Assembly (NCBI GenBank): GCA_040954595.2
Contig: CM082598.2
Span: forward strand, 5,533,097-5,597,096
DNA length: 64,000 nt
Source of the DNA: Balanoglossus misakiensis
Lineage: Eukaryota > Animalia > Hemichordata
Direction of reading: 5' to 3'
The notes under the pieces were generated by a model, which saw only the letters and a list, made by a program, of their open reading frames with translations, was not told the origin of the DNA and did not search any database. Of the stretch, positions 63,008-64,000 are shown in pieces. The first letter of the stretch is position 1. Each line of letters opens with the position of its first letter. Position numbers and translations under genes: made by a program.

Positions 63008-63362
63008 TTAAAGGGACAAAGTCCCTCTCTCGCTGCCCTTTTTCCATTATTTATGTTTGAGACAAGACGCTGTTTATATTTATGTACATTTGGATATATA
63101 GTGAATCGAGGTTTAACCACATGCTACTTCCATCCCGTTTGTAGGATATGAGAGTAAAAATCTCACCAAAATGAATAAACAGTAAACACCGATTATTCAA
63201 TTTGGCAAGTTTTTCACTCTTGTATCTGCAAGTGAGATGAAAGTTGTGTGTGGTCGAACGTTGATTCACTATATATCCACATGTACAATAACATGACCAG
63301 TGTATTGTATCAAAAATAATTTATGGAAAAAGGGCAGCCAGAGAGAGGCTTTGTCCCTTTAA
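63008..63362. mobile_element. MITE family A copy
   Basis: Complete termini. Confidence 0.85.
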
Positions 63363-64000
63363 CGTCACATTCAGATAGCTACGTTTTTCAATCTCGCGTC
63401 TGAATTATGCATCATACATGATTAACGACAATTTTAAGTAAGCAAAGAAATCGTTAATATGCCCGTCATAGACAATAAATCATACAGTGCATTCAATGAT
63501 AACTTTAATCTATTTTACCATGTCTGCACATTGCAAATTCTCCATCTCATATATGTTTGAGTCGCAGATATCATTTACGTTTACTGATCATATTTTTTTG
63601 TAATATTCATACATATTTGTAAGGTGAGATATTACCTAGGAGTAAGGTAATTTTACTGACAGCAATCAGTAACATGTCTAATTTAATCTTCACGTTTGGA
63701 GACAACATATGAAGATAATAAAAATCCCGACAAATGGAGATTTAACGGAGACGGGAAGCGATGTTTCGGAAGTGAGGTTCTGGAAAAAAAGCAGAGCCAA
63801 TCAAGCAACTTGAATTCTATGCAGACACTTGTGAATCTGACACCTATGCTCTCATGACAGAAACATTCAGAGGGAAAGGTTGTCAAGAGCATCACTTCAA
63901 GTGTTGCTAATGTTATGTATGCGGAGATGTCTTCGTTTGCACGCAAGAACATTGGTACTCTGTGACACGTTGTCTTAGTGTCTGTACAGATACAGATTAT

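Overview
AT-rich, intron-containing animal DNA, dense with MITEs. The gene and repeat content suggests an invertebrate deuterostome, perhaps a hemichordate (inference only). Genes reconstructed by hand from splice sites: (1) a secreted 228-aa protein made of a signal peptide plus two Link modules (-); (2) a 357-aa type II Golgi carbohydrate sulfotransferase of the CHST8-14 family (-); (3) a DED-NACHT NLR-like gene (+); (4) the last three exons of NUP37 with no visible 5' half (-); (5) a complete 15-exon TBC1D15/17 Rab-GAP (+); and two tentative first exons (5540 - and 50417 +). The main finding is the NLR-like gene. It has an NLS-like microexon and three near-identical ~152-aa C-terminal repeats that differ at a few hypervariable codons. 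A single-base frameshift at ~26790 separates a further ~350-aa C-terminal region. Many T2/Kolobok-like, Tc1/mariner-like, piggyBac-like, Harbinger-like, Mutator-like and hAT/P-like non-autonomous elements are present. No rRNA, tRNA or CRISPR array was recognised.
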